From assembly GCA_027451265.1 (NCBI GenBank), contig DAIDJT010000001.1:1-38054 (forward strand): a stretch of DNA of 38,054 nucleotides, read 5' to 3'. Shown here one piece after another: positions 8,398 through 17,890 of the stretch. The notes under the pieces are model-generated. The model was not told where the DNA came from. It ran no database searches and saw only the letters and a list, made by a program, of their open reading frames with translations. The position numbers were made by a program, and so were the translations under genes. This DNA comes from Bacteroidales bacterium (lineage in GTDB: Bacteria; Bacteroidota; Bacteroidia; Bacteroidales; VadinHA17). Position 1 is the first letter of the stretch. Every line of letters begins with the position of its first letter.

Positions 8398-10800
8398 TCA
8401 GATCCTGATTCTTGCTGCCACGATGAAGTTTCTTCCCGGCGCTGCAATCCCTGAAGAATATGTTCTGTACCTGAGGTCAAGGAGGTTTTCAACCCCGGCT
8501 GTCAGGTCGAGCCGGTTGCTGATGTTGAAGGAGGCTTTGAAGTTGAGGGTGAACCATGATGGCGACCATGGATTGCCGTTTTCGTCTTCTGCATAGAGGT
8601 AAGGTTTGTCCCTTTCGCTGGGGGCCATCCTGTCAAAGGTAATGCTTCCGTTGTACACTGCATAGAGGTCGGCTTTAAGTGCTGACCGTTCATAGATGAA
8701 GTGCGTTGTCCCGAAGAGTGGTGGAACGTGTCTGAGTGGTGCCTTCTCATCATCATGTCCGGCGGTGAGGGTGAGTGATGACTTGACCCTGAGGAATGAT
8801 GAAGGGCGAAGCTCGGCCTTCATCTGGGCGCCATACACAATGGCGTATCCGGCATTGACCATGGCATAGACCTGGCTCTCCTCTCCCTGGAAGATCATGG
8901 TGGGTTCTCCGTTGAAGAGGAACTCGCGTCGTACCATTGCATTGTCAAGGTAAGAGTAAAAGACCGAGGCCTCAGCCAGGAGCATTTTCCCGAACTCCCT
9001 TGATGCGCCCAGGTCAATGTTGTAAAGATATTCGGGTCTGAGATCAGGATTAGGAACAACCAGCACACCGGGGGCAGACTCGAACACCTTGCCCAGGTCG
9101 TCAAGATTGGGTGCCCTGAAGCCGGTGGAGAGGTTGAGTGTAAGTTCCGTCCGGCCGTCAGGCCTGTAGACGGCACCGGCAGCCCCGGTCAATGCGCCGT
9201 TGGCCGATTCAATCGTGGTGAAGGGGAAGTTGTACCATGAATTGTCAGCTATCTCAGAGTTCAGGCTTACATAGTTGTACCTGGCTCCCGTGCTGACGGT
9301 GAACTTGCTGCCCAGATTGAACCTGTATCCTGAGTAAAGTGATGCGCTGTTATAAATATTCTTCCCATTGGGATAGCGTGACCCTGCAGGCTCCGTTACT
9401 CCGGTAAGAATATTCCTTACGTCTGCAGTGCTGTGGATGTTGTTCCAGACATATTCAGCCCCGTAGTACAACAGGTTGCCATTGTTCCCGGTCTTTTTGT
9501 CGAAGTCAAGGTTTGCTGACCAGATCCCTACCTTTTCGGTCTGTTCGTTGAGGCTGCTCTTGTTCAGCGCCCTGTCATGGCGGCTTTCGCGGTAGTCTTG
9601 CCGTGCAACGGTCAGGCGTATATCATCGGAGACAGCGGTGGAACGGTTGTAACTGAGTGAGGCGTTCGTCATCATCCACACCTGCGGACCGTAGTACCAG
9701 TCACCGTATCTAAGGGTGCCGTTCTTGTACTGTATGAGCCTGTCATACCGGGGAACGTCTGAAAGGTGCGAGTAATGGTGTGCAAGATCAATGTCCAGGT
9801 ATTTTCCGGCCTTGAACCTGAGCTTGTTGGTTGAGTTGAACTGCCTGTATCCGGAACCCACCTGCCTGCGTGGGTTGCTGTTCATGACAATACTGTCGCG
9901 GTCACCTGAGCGCATCTGGTATTCATTGCGCAGGTATTCGGGATGTGATACCGAACCCATTACCAGGTCTCCGAAGTCAGACCATGTCACCGAAGACAGG
10001 AAGGCAATGCGTTTTCCCCCGGCATTGAACCAGGCATGATAAGTCTGTTCGCCTGCGGCTGATGACCATCGTGCCATGGCTTCAGCCTTTAGCAGGAGAG
10101 TGTCGCCGGTGGAGAAGAGAGCCCTCCTGGTGTGAAAGTCCATCACCCCGCCCAGCGCATCGCTACCGTACATGGTTGCACCAGGTCCGAAGATGATTTC
10201 CGTCCGTTCTATGATGTTGGGGTCAATTGAAATGACATTCTGGATGTTGCCTTCGCGATAGATTGCATTGTTCATCCTGACCCCGTCAATATTTATAAGT
10301 ACCCTGTTGGTGGCAAAACCTCTTATCATGGGGCTGCCTCCGCCAAGCTGGCTCTTCTGCACGAATACATCTCCCATTGAGATGAGATCAGCTGCTGTCT
10401 GGGGGTTCATGATCTTCACGGCAGGAACCGCCACCACGTTAATATGATTTGGCACCTCCTCGGATTTCTGTTCCCAGCGGTTTGCGGAGACAATGAATTC
10501 CTCCACCTCGAAGGTTTTCGTTTCAAGCTTCACTACCCACCCGGCAACCTTCAGCTCCTCAGGGGTAAATGAGACCCGCTCGAATGAAAAATGCTGAAAA
10601 AAGATCGGCTGCTTCTCCGCGAAGCCGGAGAGACTCACTTTACCGGCTGGATTTGTGTATCCAAACTGGGTCTTTGCCTCATTGTACACTGCCACGTCGG
10701 AAACCGGCTTCCCGTCGTCAGCACTGAGAACGGTTACTGTCTGTGCACTGAGGCTCAGCAAAGGGAACAGGAAAAGCAGGATAAAAGAGAGTTTTTTCAT
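8398..10800 (-). CDS. TonB-dependent receptor with an N-terminal carboxypeptidase-regulatory-like domain
   Basis: The signal peptide is MKKLSFILLFLFPLLSLSAQ. A CarbopepD_reg-like segment follows (TVTVLSADDGKPVSDVAVYNE). The plug motif is KSQLGGGSPMIRGF, and there is a long beta-barrel with the C-terminal motif GRNFIVAARIRI. No SusD-like partner is adjacent. Confidence 0.9.
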   Translation of the reverse strand: MKKLSFILLFLFPLLSLSAQTVTVLSADDGKPVSDVAVYNEAKTQFGYTNPAGKVSLSGFAEKQPIFFQHFSFERVSFTPEELKVAGWVVKLETKTFEVEEFIVSANRWEQKSEEVPNHINVVAVPAVKIMNPQTAADLISMGDVFVQKSQLGGGSPMIRGFATNRVLINIDGVRMNNAIYREGNIQNVISIDPNIIERTEIIFGPGATMYGSDALGGVMDFHTRRALFSTGDTLLLKAEAMARWSSAAGEQTYHAWFNAGGKRIAFLSSVTWSDFGDLVMGSVSHPEYLRNEYQMRSGDRDSIVMNSNPRRQVGSGYRQFNSTNKLRFKAGKYLDIDLAHHYSHLSDVPRYDRLIQYKNGTLRYGDWYYGPQVWMMTNASLSYNRSTAVSDDIRLTVARQDYRESRHDRALNKSSLNEQTEKVGIWSANLDFDKKTGNNGNLLYYGAEYVWNNIHSTADVRNILTGVTEPAGSRYPNGKNIYNSASLYSGYRFNLGSKFTVSTGARYNYVSLNSEIADNSWYNFPFTTIESANGALTGAAGAVYRPDGRTELTLNLSTGFRAPNLDDLGKVFESAPGVLVVPNPDLRPEYLYNIDLGASREFGKMLLAEASVFYSYLDNAMVRREFLFNGEPTMIFQGEESQVYAMVNAGYAIVYGAQMKAELRPSSFLRVKSSLTLTAGHDDEKAPLRHVPPLFGTTHFIYERSALKADLYAVYNGSITFDRMAPSERDKPYLYAEDENGNPWSPSWFTLNFKASFNISNRLDLTAGVENLLDLRYRTYSSGIAAPGRNFIVAARIRI

Positions 10801-10925
10801 AAGTAAAATTGTCATCGTGTATTTTCTGGCACAAAAAGCGTTCCATTCATCTCACCACAGGATATGTTTCCCGGCATAACTACTGTGACTCGTCAAACTC
10901 TTTGCGGGTGCAACTTAATATTTTG

Positions 10926-10933
10926 TAAATTTG
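10926..10933 (+). promoter_or_regulatory. Bacteroidota -7 box (TAAATTTG) upstream of the 914-aa gene
   Basis: This is an exact TAnnTTTG match, 26 nt upstream of the GTG start at 10959. Confidence 0.4.
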
Positions 10934-10958
10934 ATTCTATATACCAAGGCCAATATTT

Positions 10959-13703
10959 GTGCGGAAGAGGACTGGCATCATTTTGGTTGGGCTCCTTGCC
11001 ACGGCGCTGGCTGTGGCGGCTTTTTTTCTCCGGAAGGAGAAGCAGGTGGTTGTCATTGACCCCTGGGAGGCAGTGCCTGCCGATGCTTTCTTTATCGTTG
11101 AGACAAGTGATTTTCCGGAGCTTCTTACCAGGATAACAGACCCTGCGGGGATTTTGTCAGGTCTCTCAGGGATGGAGTGGGCTTCTTCCCTTGTGCGCTC
11201 TGCTTCTGCCATAGACAGTATCACTGGTGGAAGGGAGGTACGTGAGCTGATCAGCAACCGGAGGATGCTCATCTCATTTCATACCTCCGGCCAGAAGAAG
11301 GCTGTGCCGATGGCAGTGATGAGTACAGGGCCGGCGTTCACAGCCAGGAAACTGGCAGCCCTTAGCAGTCAGGCCGGTGCCACGGTGTCAGACAAGCGTG
11401 ACCTGGGAGGCACCCGCACACTAACCATAACCTTTAGCCGGGGAGGAAAGCAGACGCCTGTATATATTGCACTCACCTCGGGCATACTGATCATAACCAC
11501 TTCGGAGGGGATGCTTGCCTCCGCGCTTGACAACAGGAGCGCCGGATCAGACATACGCCATCAGCAGGGTTTCACGCAGGTGGTCAGCGCCGCTGGCAAG
11601 AATGCAGACAATCTCTTCCTTCTCTTCCGGAACCTTCCATCGTTTCTGAGGTCATTCATTGACCCTGAAGATGTTTCCGTCATCTCGTCGGCAGCCATTG
11701 CCGGCGGCGGTGACCTCACCACCGCAGAGGACGGCCTTTTCATCAGCGGGTTCCTGACAACTGCCGGTGCAGGTACCGGCGCTGACCGCCTGAGGGATGT
11801 CACTCCTGCCGAATGCGGTGTCCATGAGCTTCTCCCGCGCAGTACACTGAGCTACAGCACCGTCATGCGTCGTGCATCGCTCAGCGGCGAAACTGCCACC
11901 GACCCGGCCTCCATCAACGCCACTGACCTTGCCCTTATTTTGAGCCCCTTCACCGGCTCCGAAGTGACACAGGCGCTGATAGCCTCCGAAGAGGGAAGTG
12001 AAGGAATATGCCTCTTCAGAATGACCGACAGGCAGTCGGCGGAAGAGGTGCTGCGACAGCGCCTGACAGCCAAATACCAGTCTATGGGACTGCGGGAAAG
12101 CCATTTTGTGGCTTCAGCCTCGAATGCCAACGGGACAAAGGAAACCATCTACCGCATGCCCTTCAACGGCGTGGCCTCAATCCTGGCAGGAGGGGGGAAA
12201 AACAGGGAGGGTGACGGGTGGGTCACATTCGCCAGGTCATACATGATATTTTCAGCCTCCCCTGAAGCCCTGGCAGAGGTGCTGAGGGAGTCAGCCAGCG
12301 ACAATACGCTGATAAACGACCCCGGATTCAGGGAGATGGAGAAGAGCCTGCCAACGAAAAGCTCCTTCCTCTTTTATTCATCCGGGAGGGTGCTGAGGTC
12401 ACTTGTTTCGGAGTATCTCACACCGGCGGCAGCTGCCTCCATGACTGACAGGGCCCTGTCAGGGATCAGCGGGGTGGGCGTGAGCCTGACACCCAGCAAT
12501 GATATGATCTATACGAGTCTCTCAGTGCGTTACGAAACTGGCGGGGTGCACCAGGAGAGTGCCGCGGCTGCCGCCGTCACCACAGCCTCCGCTGCTGCCG
12601 AAACTGACACCTCAGGGCTGAAGCTGCTCTGGAAGGTGAAGCTGGATGCTGAACCAACAATAAAGCCGTTCTTTTTCACCAACCACAATACTGGTGCAAC
12701 GGAGATATTCATACAGGACCGCAACAACAATATCTACCTTATCAGCTCTTCAGGAAAGATACTCTGGAAGGCAGCCATCAGGGAAAAGATCACCGGTGAC
12801 GTCTTCATGATTGATTACTACAGGAACGGGAAGCTGCAGCTGCTGTTCAACGGCCGTGATTACCTGCACCTTGTTGACCGCAACGGAAACTATGTGGACA
12901 AATTCCCGGTAAAGATGAGGTCACCGGCCACCAACACACTTGCCCTGTTTGATTATGAAAACAACAAGGACTACAGGCTGTTCATTGCCGGGGATGACCG
13001 CAGGATCTACGCCTATGACCGGTCAGGCACCCCTGTCAGGGGCTGGAACCTGTTTGCAACCAGGGGAAAGGTCACTGATCCTGTTTCTTTTTTCAGGGTC
13101 AGGGGTAAGGATTATCTCCTTGTGACTGATGATCAGGCTGTTTATGTCCTTGACCGCACCGGGAATATCAGGGTGGCTCACCAGGAACCACTGGTGAAGG
13201 CCTCCGGATCAGCAGCAAGGCTTACCGGTGACAATGAGCCTGCCATCATTTTTTCCGCCCCGGACGGCTCAACCGTCAGGCTGATGTTTGACGGCTCAGT
13301 AAAAAGAGACACCGTGCCGGGGGTCACCGCTGCCCACAGGTCAGACTTCGCCGATCTTGACGGTGATGACATGACTGACCGCCTCACCCTTGATCAGGGC
13401 GTGCTGAGAGCCAGTGACGGCAACGGGCGGGAGTTGTGGACATACAACACCGGCAGCGGGAAGCTGTCAGGGCCATTCATCCTTACTGCCGGCAGCGGTG
13501 AAAGATGGATTGCCGTTTATGATGCCGGGAGAGGGATGCTTCATCTTGTGGGGCGGAACGGCAGCCCCGTGAACGGCTTCCCGCGGCAGACAGGTGCATG
13601 GTTCAACACCGGAAGAGTGTCAAATAAAAGCACATGGAACCTTATTGCCGTTGAAAATGATATCTATCTGAGTAATTACGAACTGAATTCAGCTTTAAAA
13701 TAA
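10959..13703 (+). CDS. Uncharacterised membrane-anchored protein (914 aa) with a C-terminal FG-GAP / PQQ-like beta-propeller
   Basis: A GTG start is followed by a single N-terminal TM helix (GIILVGLLATALAVAAFFL). An Ala/Thr-rich linker (QESAAAAAVTTASAAAETDTSG) precedes at least six repeats of a blade-like motif: IYLISSSGKILWK, LHLVDRNGNYVDKFP, IYAYDRSGTPVRGW, VYVLDRTGNIRV, LRASDGNGRELWTY, LHLVGRNGSPVNGFP. There is also an FG-GAP-like Ca-loop, FADLDGDDMTD. The family name is not established from sequence alone. Confidence 0.75.
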   Translation: MRKRTGIILVGLLATALAVAAFFLRKEKQVVVIDPWEAVPADAFFIVETSDFPELLTRITDPAGILSGLSGMEWASSLVRSASAIDSITGGREVRELISNRRMLISFHTSGQKKAVPMAVMSTGPAFTARKLAALSSQAGATVSDKRDLGGTRTLTITFSRGGKQTPVYIALTSGILIITTSEGMLASALDNRSAGSDIRHQQGFTQVVSAAGKNADNLFLLFRNLPSFLRSFIDPEDVSVISSAAIAGGGDLTTAEDGLFISGFLTTAGAGTGADRLRDVTPAECGVHELLPRSTLSYSTVMRRASLSGETATDPASINATDLALILSPFTGSEVTQALIASEEGSEGICLFRMTDRQSAEEVLRQRLTAKYQSMGLRESHFVASASNANGTKETIYRMPFNGVASILAGGGKNREGDGWVTFARSYMIFSASPEALAEVLRESASDNTLINDPGFREMEKSLPTKSSFLFYSSGRVLRSLVSEYLTPAAAASMTDRALSGISGVGVSLTPSNDMIYTSLSVRYETGGVHQESAAAAAVTTASAAAETDTSGLKLLWKVKLDAEPTIKPFFFTNHNTGATEIFIQDRNNNIYLISSSGKILWKAAIREKITGDVFMIDYYRNGKLQLLFNGRDYLHLVDRNGNYVDKFPVKMRSPATNTLALFDYENNKDYRLFIAGDDRRIYAYDRSGTPVRGWNLFATRGKVTDPVSFFRVRGKDYLLVTDDQAVYVLDRTGNIRVAHQEPLVKASGSAARLTGDNEPAIIFSAPDGSTVRLMFDGSVKRDTVPGVTAAHRSDFADLDGDDMTDRLTLDQGVLRASDGNGRELWTYNTGSGKLSGPFILTAGSGERWIAVYDAGRGMLHLVGRNGSPVNGFPRQTGAWFNTGRVSNKSTWNLIAVENDIYLSNYELNSALK

Positions 13704-13705
13704 CC

Positions 13706-15166
13706 ATGACAATGAAAAGGTTAACTCTGGCTCTGATCATACTGCTGACAGCAGTATCAGCCGGCCATACACAGAACAGCCAGGTTCTCTATTTCATGAA
13801 CCTGCCCCAGGCAACCACCCTCAACCCGGCCTTTAAGCCGACCGGCCGGTTTTACCTTGGATTACCGGCAATTTCTGACATCTCCGTGAGACTTGACAAC
13901 AACTTCCTGAGCCTGCAGGACCTGTTTGCCAACGGCGTCATCTCAGATTCCACAATGACCTTTCTTGAGAGGGGACCGTGGCTGGCTGATTTCCTTTCCG
14001 GCCTTGGCAGCAACAATACCCTTGAGCCGCAGGTGGGCGTAAGGATTTTTGGCCTTGCCTTTACTGTGAAGGACAACCTCAGGCTCAGCCTTGACATCAC
14101 AGAACGGGCAGAAGCTGACATAGTCTTTCCTGGTGATCTCCTGAGGCTGGGGCTGGGAGGCAACAGTGAATTCATAGGCAAAACACTTGACCTTTCTTCT
14201 TTCAGATCAGACATAACAGTATACCAGGAGATTGGCATTGGCGCCTCCAGGAATATTACCGAAAAACTGCGGGTTGGCGGCCGGCTACTGGTGCTCTCGG
14301 GAGTGGCATCGGGCAATATGGTCAACAACCATTCCACCCTGACAGTCAATGAGGATTTCACACAAACAGTCGATGCCGACATGCTGTATAACTTCAGCGC
14401 ACCGGTGACCTTCACAACCGAAAGTGACGGTTCAATACACGGAGCCGAGTTTGATGACGCCCGGTTTGATGATACCCGCAACCTTATTTCATACCTTAAA
14501 GAGATGGCCAATCCCGGTTTTGGCATTGACCTGGGGGCAGAGTACAGGTTCAGCGACAAGCTTGCAGTATCGGCAGCCGTTAAGGATCTGGGCTTCATAA
14601 AGTGGAAGAGAGACCTGGCACAGCTTTCCATAAAGTCATCTTTTCAGTTCAACGGACTGACAATGCAGGATGTGTATGACGAAAGCGTCGACTTCGAGGA
14701 ACTGATCAACTGGACGATTGACAGCGTGCAGAATGTTCTCAGGGTGGAAGATAACCCGCAGGAATTCACCACTCGCCTGCCTGCCACAGTTGTCGGAGCC
14801 TTCAGCTATACACCTGTGAAGTTCTTTACACTCGGCGTTCTGTCACAGACACGGTTCGAAGGGCCGGTGATCAGGCAGGCAACAACGCTGTCAGGCAACC
14901 TTAACTTCGGTAATATATTCTCAGCCACCATGGCATATACTGCAGCCAACAGGCGATATGACAACCTGGGCTTCGGGATGGCGCTGAGAGGAGGGTTCCT
15001 TCAATTCTTTGTCATGGTTGACAACATACCCCTTAAATTTTCAAGTTTCACAAGCGGGGAACAGACGCTCAGGCTGCCGGATAATATAAATACAGTTAAT
15101 GCGCGGCTGGGCCTCAACCTTGTGTTCGGAAACAGGGAGAGGGATAAGACACTGCCCCCGGTTTAG
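13706..15166 (+). CDS. Putative outer-membrane beta-barrel protein (486 aa) with a PorP/SprF-like N-terminal motif
   Basis: The signal peptide is LTLALIILLTAVSAGHTQ. The mature N-terminus QNSQVLYFMNLPQATTLNPAF resembles the PorP/SprF start; compare QQDPVFSHYMFNTQTFNPGY in the porP gene of this same window. Alternating amphipathic strands run throughout. The ATG lies 2 nt after the stop of the 914-aa gene. Confidence 0.65.
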   Translation: MTMKRLTLALIILLTAVSAGHTQNSQVLYFMNLPQATTLNPAFKPTGRFYLGLPAISDISVRLDNNFLSLQDLFANGVISDSTMTFLERGPWLADFLSGLGSNNTLEPQVGVRIFGLAFTVKDNLRLSLDITERAEADIVFPGDLLRLGLGGNSEFIGKTLDLSSFRSDITVYQEIGIGASRNITEKLRVGGRLLVLSGVASGNMVNNHSTLTVNEDFTQTVDADMLYNFSAPVTFTTESDGSIHGAEFDDARFDDTRNLISYLKEMANPGFGIDLGAEYRFSDKLAVSAAVKDLGFIKWKRDLAQLSIKSSFQFNGLTMQDVYDESVDFEELINWTIDSVQNVLRVEDNPQEFTTRLPATVVGAFSYTPVKFFTLGVLSQTRFEGPVIRQATTLSGNLNFGNIFSATMAYTAANRRYDNLGFGMALRGGFLQFFVMVDNIPLKFSSFTSGEQTLRLPDNINTVNARLGLNLVFGNRERDKTLPPV

Positions 15167-15170
15167 GGTG

Positions 15171-15929
15171 TTATTGACCTGAAGAATCTTTGAGCTGTCT
15201 TGCCAGTGAGTTGGCAAAGACGAAGTCATTCAGTTTGCTGCAGTCTGACTTCAGTATCTCATTCCTGTTGCCTTCCCAGCATTTCTCACCCTCTTCGATG
15301 AAAATGATCTTTTCACCGTTCTCCATTACAGAGTTCATGTCATGGGTGTTGACAATGGTGGTCATTCTGAGCTCGGAGGTTATTTCGCGTATGAGCTCGT
15401 CAATGACTATTGATGTCTTGGGGTCAAGGCCCGAGTTGGGTTCGTCACAGAAGAGGAACTTTGGTTTGAGGACAATGGCACGGGCGATTGCAACCCGTTT
15501 CTTCATCCCTCCTGACAGTTCGGAAGGGAATAGCCTGTTTGAGTCAACGATATTCACCCTGTCAAGGCAGAAGTTGACCCGGTCAATTTTCTCCTGGTGT
15601 GACATGCCGCTGAACATATCAAGCGGGAACCTGACATTTTCTTCGACTGTCATTGAGTCAAAGAGTGCGCTTCCCTGGAATAGCATTCCCATCTGCTTCC
15701 GCAATTCTTTTTTACCGCGGAAGTCAAGCCGGGTGAAAGGCACATCATTATAATATATCTCTCCTTCGTCCACGTCGAGGAGCCCTACCAGGCACTTGAG
15801 AAAAACGGTTTTCCCGGAGCCGCTCTTTCCGATTATCAGGTTGGTTTTTCCCGGCTCGAAGATGGCGGATATGTCAGTGAGTACCCGGCGGCCGGCGAAT
15901 GATTTGGAGATATGTTCCGCCCTGATCAT
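15171..15929 (-). CDS. mlaF: ABC transporter ATP-binding protein, MlaF-like
   Basis: Walker A is GKSGSGKT, the ABC signature is LSGGMKKRVAIARA, and Walker B is FLFCDEPNSGLD. It overlaps the MlaE-like gene by 4 bp. Confidence 0.88.
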   Translation of the reverse strand: MIRAEHISKSFAGRRVLTDISAIFEPGKTNLIIGKSGSGKTVFLKCLVGLLDVDEGEIYYNDVPFTRLDFRGKKELRKQMGMLFQGSALFDSMTVEENVRFPLDMFSGMSHQEKIDRVNFCLDRVNIVDSNRLFPSELSGGMKKRVAIARAIVLKPKFLFCDEPNSGLDPKTSIVIDELIREITSELRMTTIVNTHDMNSVMENGEKIIFIEEGEKCWEGNRNEILKSDCSKLNDFVFANSLARQLKDSSGQ

Positions 15930-16669
15930 GAGAGAAGCAGCTGTGTGAGAATGACATTAAAGAGCAGCAGGGTCACACTGCTGTATACCACGGCTTTTGT
16001 GCTTGCCCGTCCCACCTCGAGTGAGCCTCCCTCCACGTTGTACCCCTGGTAAGCCGATATTGTCGAGATAATGAAAGCGAAGATAACTGTCTTGATCAGG
16101 GCGTAGGTGATGTAATACGGTATAAAGGCATATTGTATGCCGTAGATATAATCCTGCGAAGTGATTACACCGGCGCTGGTGCCGACGATCCATCCGCCAG
16201 CTATCCCGGTGATGATGCTTATAAGGGTGAGGAAGGGGTTGAAGATCACGGTGGCCACCACCTTGGGAAGGATGATGTATGAGGCGGAGTTTACACCCAT
16301 AAGCTCAAGGGCATCAATCTGTTCCGTCACCCTCATTGTGCCAATCTCCGATGCTATGTTGGAGCCCACCTTGCCTGCAAGGATGAGGGCAACGATTGTG
16401 GATGAGAACTCCAGTAATATGGAGTCGCGGGCGCCCAGGCCTATCAGGTAGGTGGGGTATATCGGGTTCTCGGTGTTGTAGGCTGTCTGCAGGGTGATGA
16501 CTGCCCCCATGAAGAATGAAATAATGGTGACTATGCCTATTGACCTCAGACCGAGGGTCACCAGCTCCTTCATGGTCTGACGGTAATAGATGGAATGCTT
16601 TTCAGGCCTGGCAAAAACCTTTCCCAGCAACATGCAGTAAGAGCCCAAGCCTGACAGGAATCTGAACAT
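15926..16669 (-). CDS. mlaE: MlaE-family ABC transporter permease
   Basis: The typical MlaE N-terminus is present (LGKVFARPEKHSIYYRQTMKELVTLGLRSIGIV). The protein is polytopic and 247 aa long. Confidence 0.88.
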   Translation of the reverse strand: MFRFLSGLGSYCMLLGKVFARPEKHSIYYRQTMKELVTLGLRSIGIVTIISFFMGAVITLQTAYNTENPIYPTYLIGLGARDSILLEFSSTIVALILAGKVGSNIASEIGTMRVTEQIDALELMGVNSASYIILPKVVATVIFNPFLTLISIITGIAGGWIVGTSAGVITSQDYIYGIQYAFIPYYITYALIKTVIFAFIISTISAYQGYNVEGGSLEVGRASTKAVVYSSVTLLLFNVILTQLLLS

Positions 16670-16688
16670 GTAAATTAATTATCAGCCC

Positions 16689-16696
16689 AAATTTAA
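16689..16696 (-). promoter_or_regulatory. Bacteroidota -7 box (TAAATTTG on the minus strand) upstream of mlaE
   Basis: This is an exact TAnnTTTG match, 20 nt upstream of the ATG at 16669. Confidence 0.45.
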
Positions 16697-16747
16697 CAAT
16701 AATTCGTGGCTTCGGTGCAGGCGCCGGTTTTCCTCGGAGGGTTTTTA

Positions 16748-16755
16748 TATATTTG
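16748..16755 (+). promoter_or_regulatory. Bacteroidota -7 box (TATATTTG) upstream of the guanylyltransferase gene
   Basis: This is an exact TAnnTTTG match, 29 nt upstream of the ATG at 16784. Confidence 0.45.
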
Positions 16756-16783
16756 CGGCAGCACAGGCTGATCAAGAATAATC

Positions 16784-17869
16784 ATGAAAAATCGCTATTT
16801 GCTGATCATGGCCGGCGGTGTCGGAAGCCGCTTCTGGCCGTTGAGCAGGAGGGAGAAGTCAAAACAGTTCCTTGACATTCTGGGGACGGGAGAAACGCTG
16901 ATCCAGATGACCTACCGCCGTTTCAGGGATATATGCCCGGCAGAAAATATTTACGTGGTGACGAACGAGGACAGCAGCGAGACTGTCATCAGCCAGCTGG
17001 GGATTGACGCTGATCATGTGCTTGCCGAGCCGCTCAGGCGCAATACTGCCCCATGCATCGCTTACGGAGTCTTCCGGATCATGTCGGAGAATCCTGAGGC
17101 AGTCATTGCGGTGGCACCCTCTGATCATCTGATAAGAAGGGAGGATGAGTTCAGAAAAGTGATGGATGAGGCTTTCAGGTTCGCCTCGGAGCATGACGCT
17201 TTGCTCACCCTCGGGATAAAACCTGACCGGCCCGAGACGGGGTACGGCTACATCCAGGCCAACACACTGCGGCCTGTAAAGGGGTATGAAGACCTTCACA
17301 AGGTAAAAGCCTTCACCGAGAAACCGGCACTTGCAATGGCGAAGCTTTTCATCGAGAGCGGTGACTTCTACTGGAACAGCGGCATATTTATCTGGAAGGC
17401 ATCCACTATTCTTGATTCATATAACAGGCACCTGCCTGACATCTTCCACACATTCAACGATGGAAGGAAGCTGTTCAGCACTCCCGGGGAGAAGGAGTTC
17501 ATCACCAGGGCATATGCCCAGTGCAGCAGCATCTCTGTTGATTACGGGATCATGGAAAAGGCTGACAACGTGTACGTTATCTGCACTGACCTCGGATGGT
17601 CTGACCTTGGCACCTGGAGCTCACTGTACCTCCATTCGGAGCATGACAGGAATGACAATGCGGTACTCAACTCGAAGGCTTTTACATACAACTCCGAAGG
17701 GAACATCGTCAGCCTTCCCCAGGGCAAGGTGGCGGTCATCCAGGGGCTTGATGACTATATAGTCATTGACAGCGGAGACGTGCTCCTTATTGTTTCGCGT
17801 GAGCAGGAGCAGAATATCAAGCTTTACCTGGAGGATGTAGGCCGGGAGGCCGGGGAGAAATACCTGTAA
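16784..17869 (+). CDS. Mannose-1-phosphate guanylyltransferase (nucleotidyltransferase domain only, no isomerase domain)
   Basis: The N-terminal NTP-transferase motif is LIMAGGVGSRFWPLSR. At 361 aa the length fits the short ManC-type enzymes. Confidence 0.85.
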   Translation: MKNRYLLIMAGGVGSRFWPLSRREKSKQFLDILGTGETLIQMTYRRFRDICPAENIYVVTNEDSSETVISQLGIDADHVLAEPLRRNTAPCIAYGVFRIMSENPEAVIAVAPSDHLIRREDEFRKVMDEAFRFASEHDALLTLGIKPDRPETGYGYIQANTLRPVKGYEDLHKVKAFTEKPALAMAKLFIESGDFYWNSGIFIWKASTILDSYNRHLPDIFHTFNDGRKLFSTPGEKEFITRAYAQCSSISVDYGIMEKADNVYVICTDLGWSDLGTWSSLYLHSEHDRNDNAVLNSKAFTYNSEGNIVSLPQGKVAVIQGLDDYIVIDSGDVLLIVSREQEQNIKLYLEDVGREAGEKYL

Positions 17870-17890
17870 TCAGTCAGTTAAGCGGATAAT

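Noticed and set aside
8398-10798. The unusual C-terminal residue of the TonB-dependent receptor (it ends ...AARIRI rather than with an aromatic residue).
   Set aside because: A terminal aliphatic residue is an occasional variant of the beta-signal. Without an alignment I cannot show that it is meaningful.
10801-10958. A possible riboswitch (cobalamin or TPP) in the leader of the TonB-dependent receptor.
   Set aside because: I read the minus-strand leader and found no B12 box (GCCACTG-like) and no TPP core (CTGAGA...ACCTGATCTGGATAATGCCAGCG-like). Only a chance TGAGA is present. There is no support from sequence.
13852-14631. A 259-aa ORF antisense to the 486-aa barrel gene. Similar long antisense ORFs occur at 7786..8454 (+), 36492..37100 (-), 1670..2131 (+), 15190..15753 (+) and 11652..12104 (-).
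   Set aside because: Each lies entirely inside a CDS on the opposite strand that has clear family motifs. Their translations are Ser/Arg/Pro-rich low-complexity sequences with no recognisable motifs. Long shadow ORFs are expected in moderately GC-rich coding DNA.
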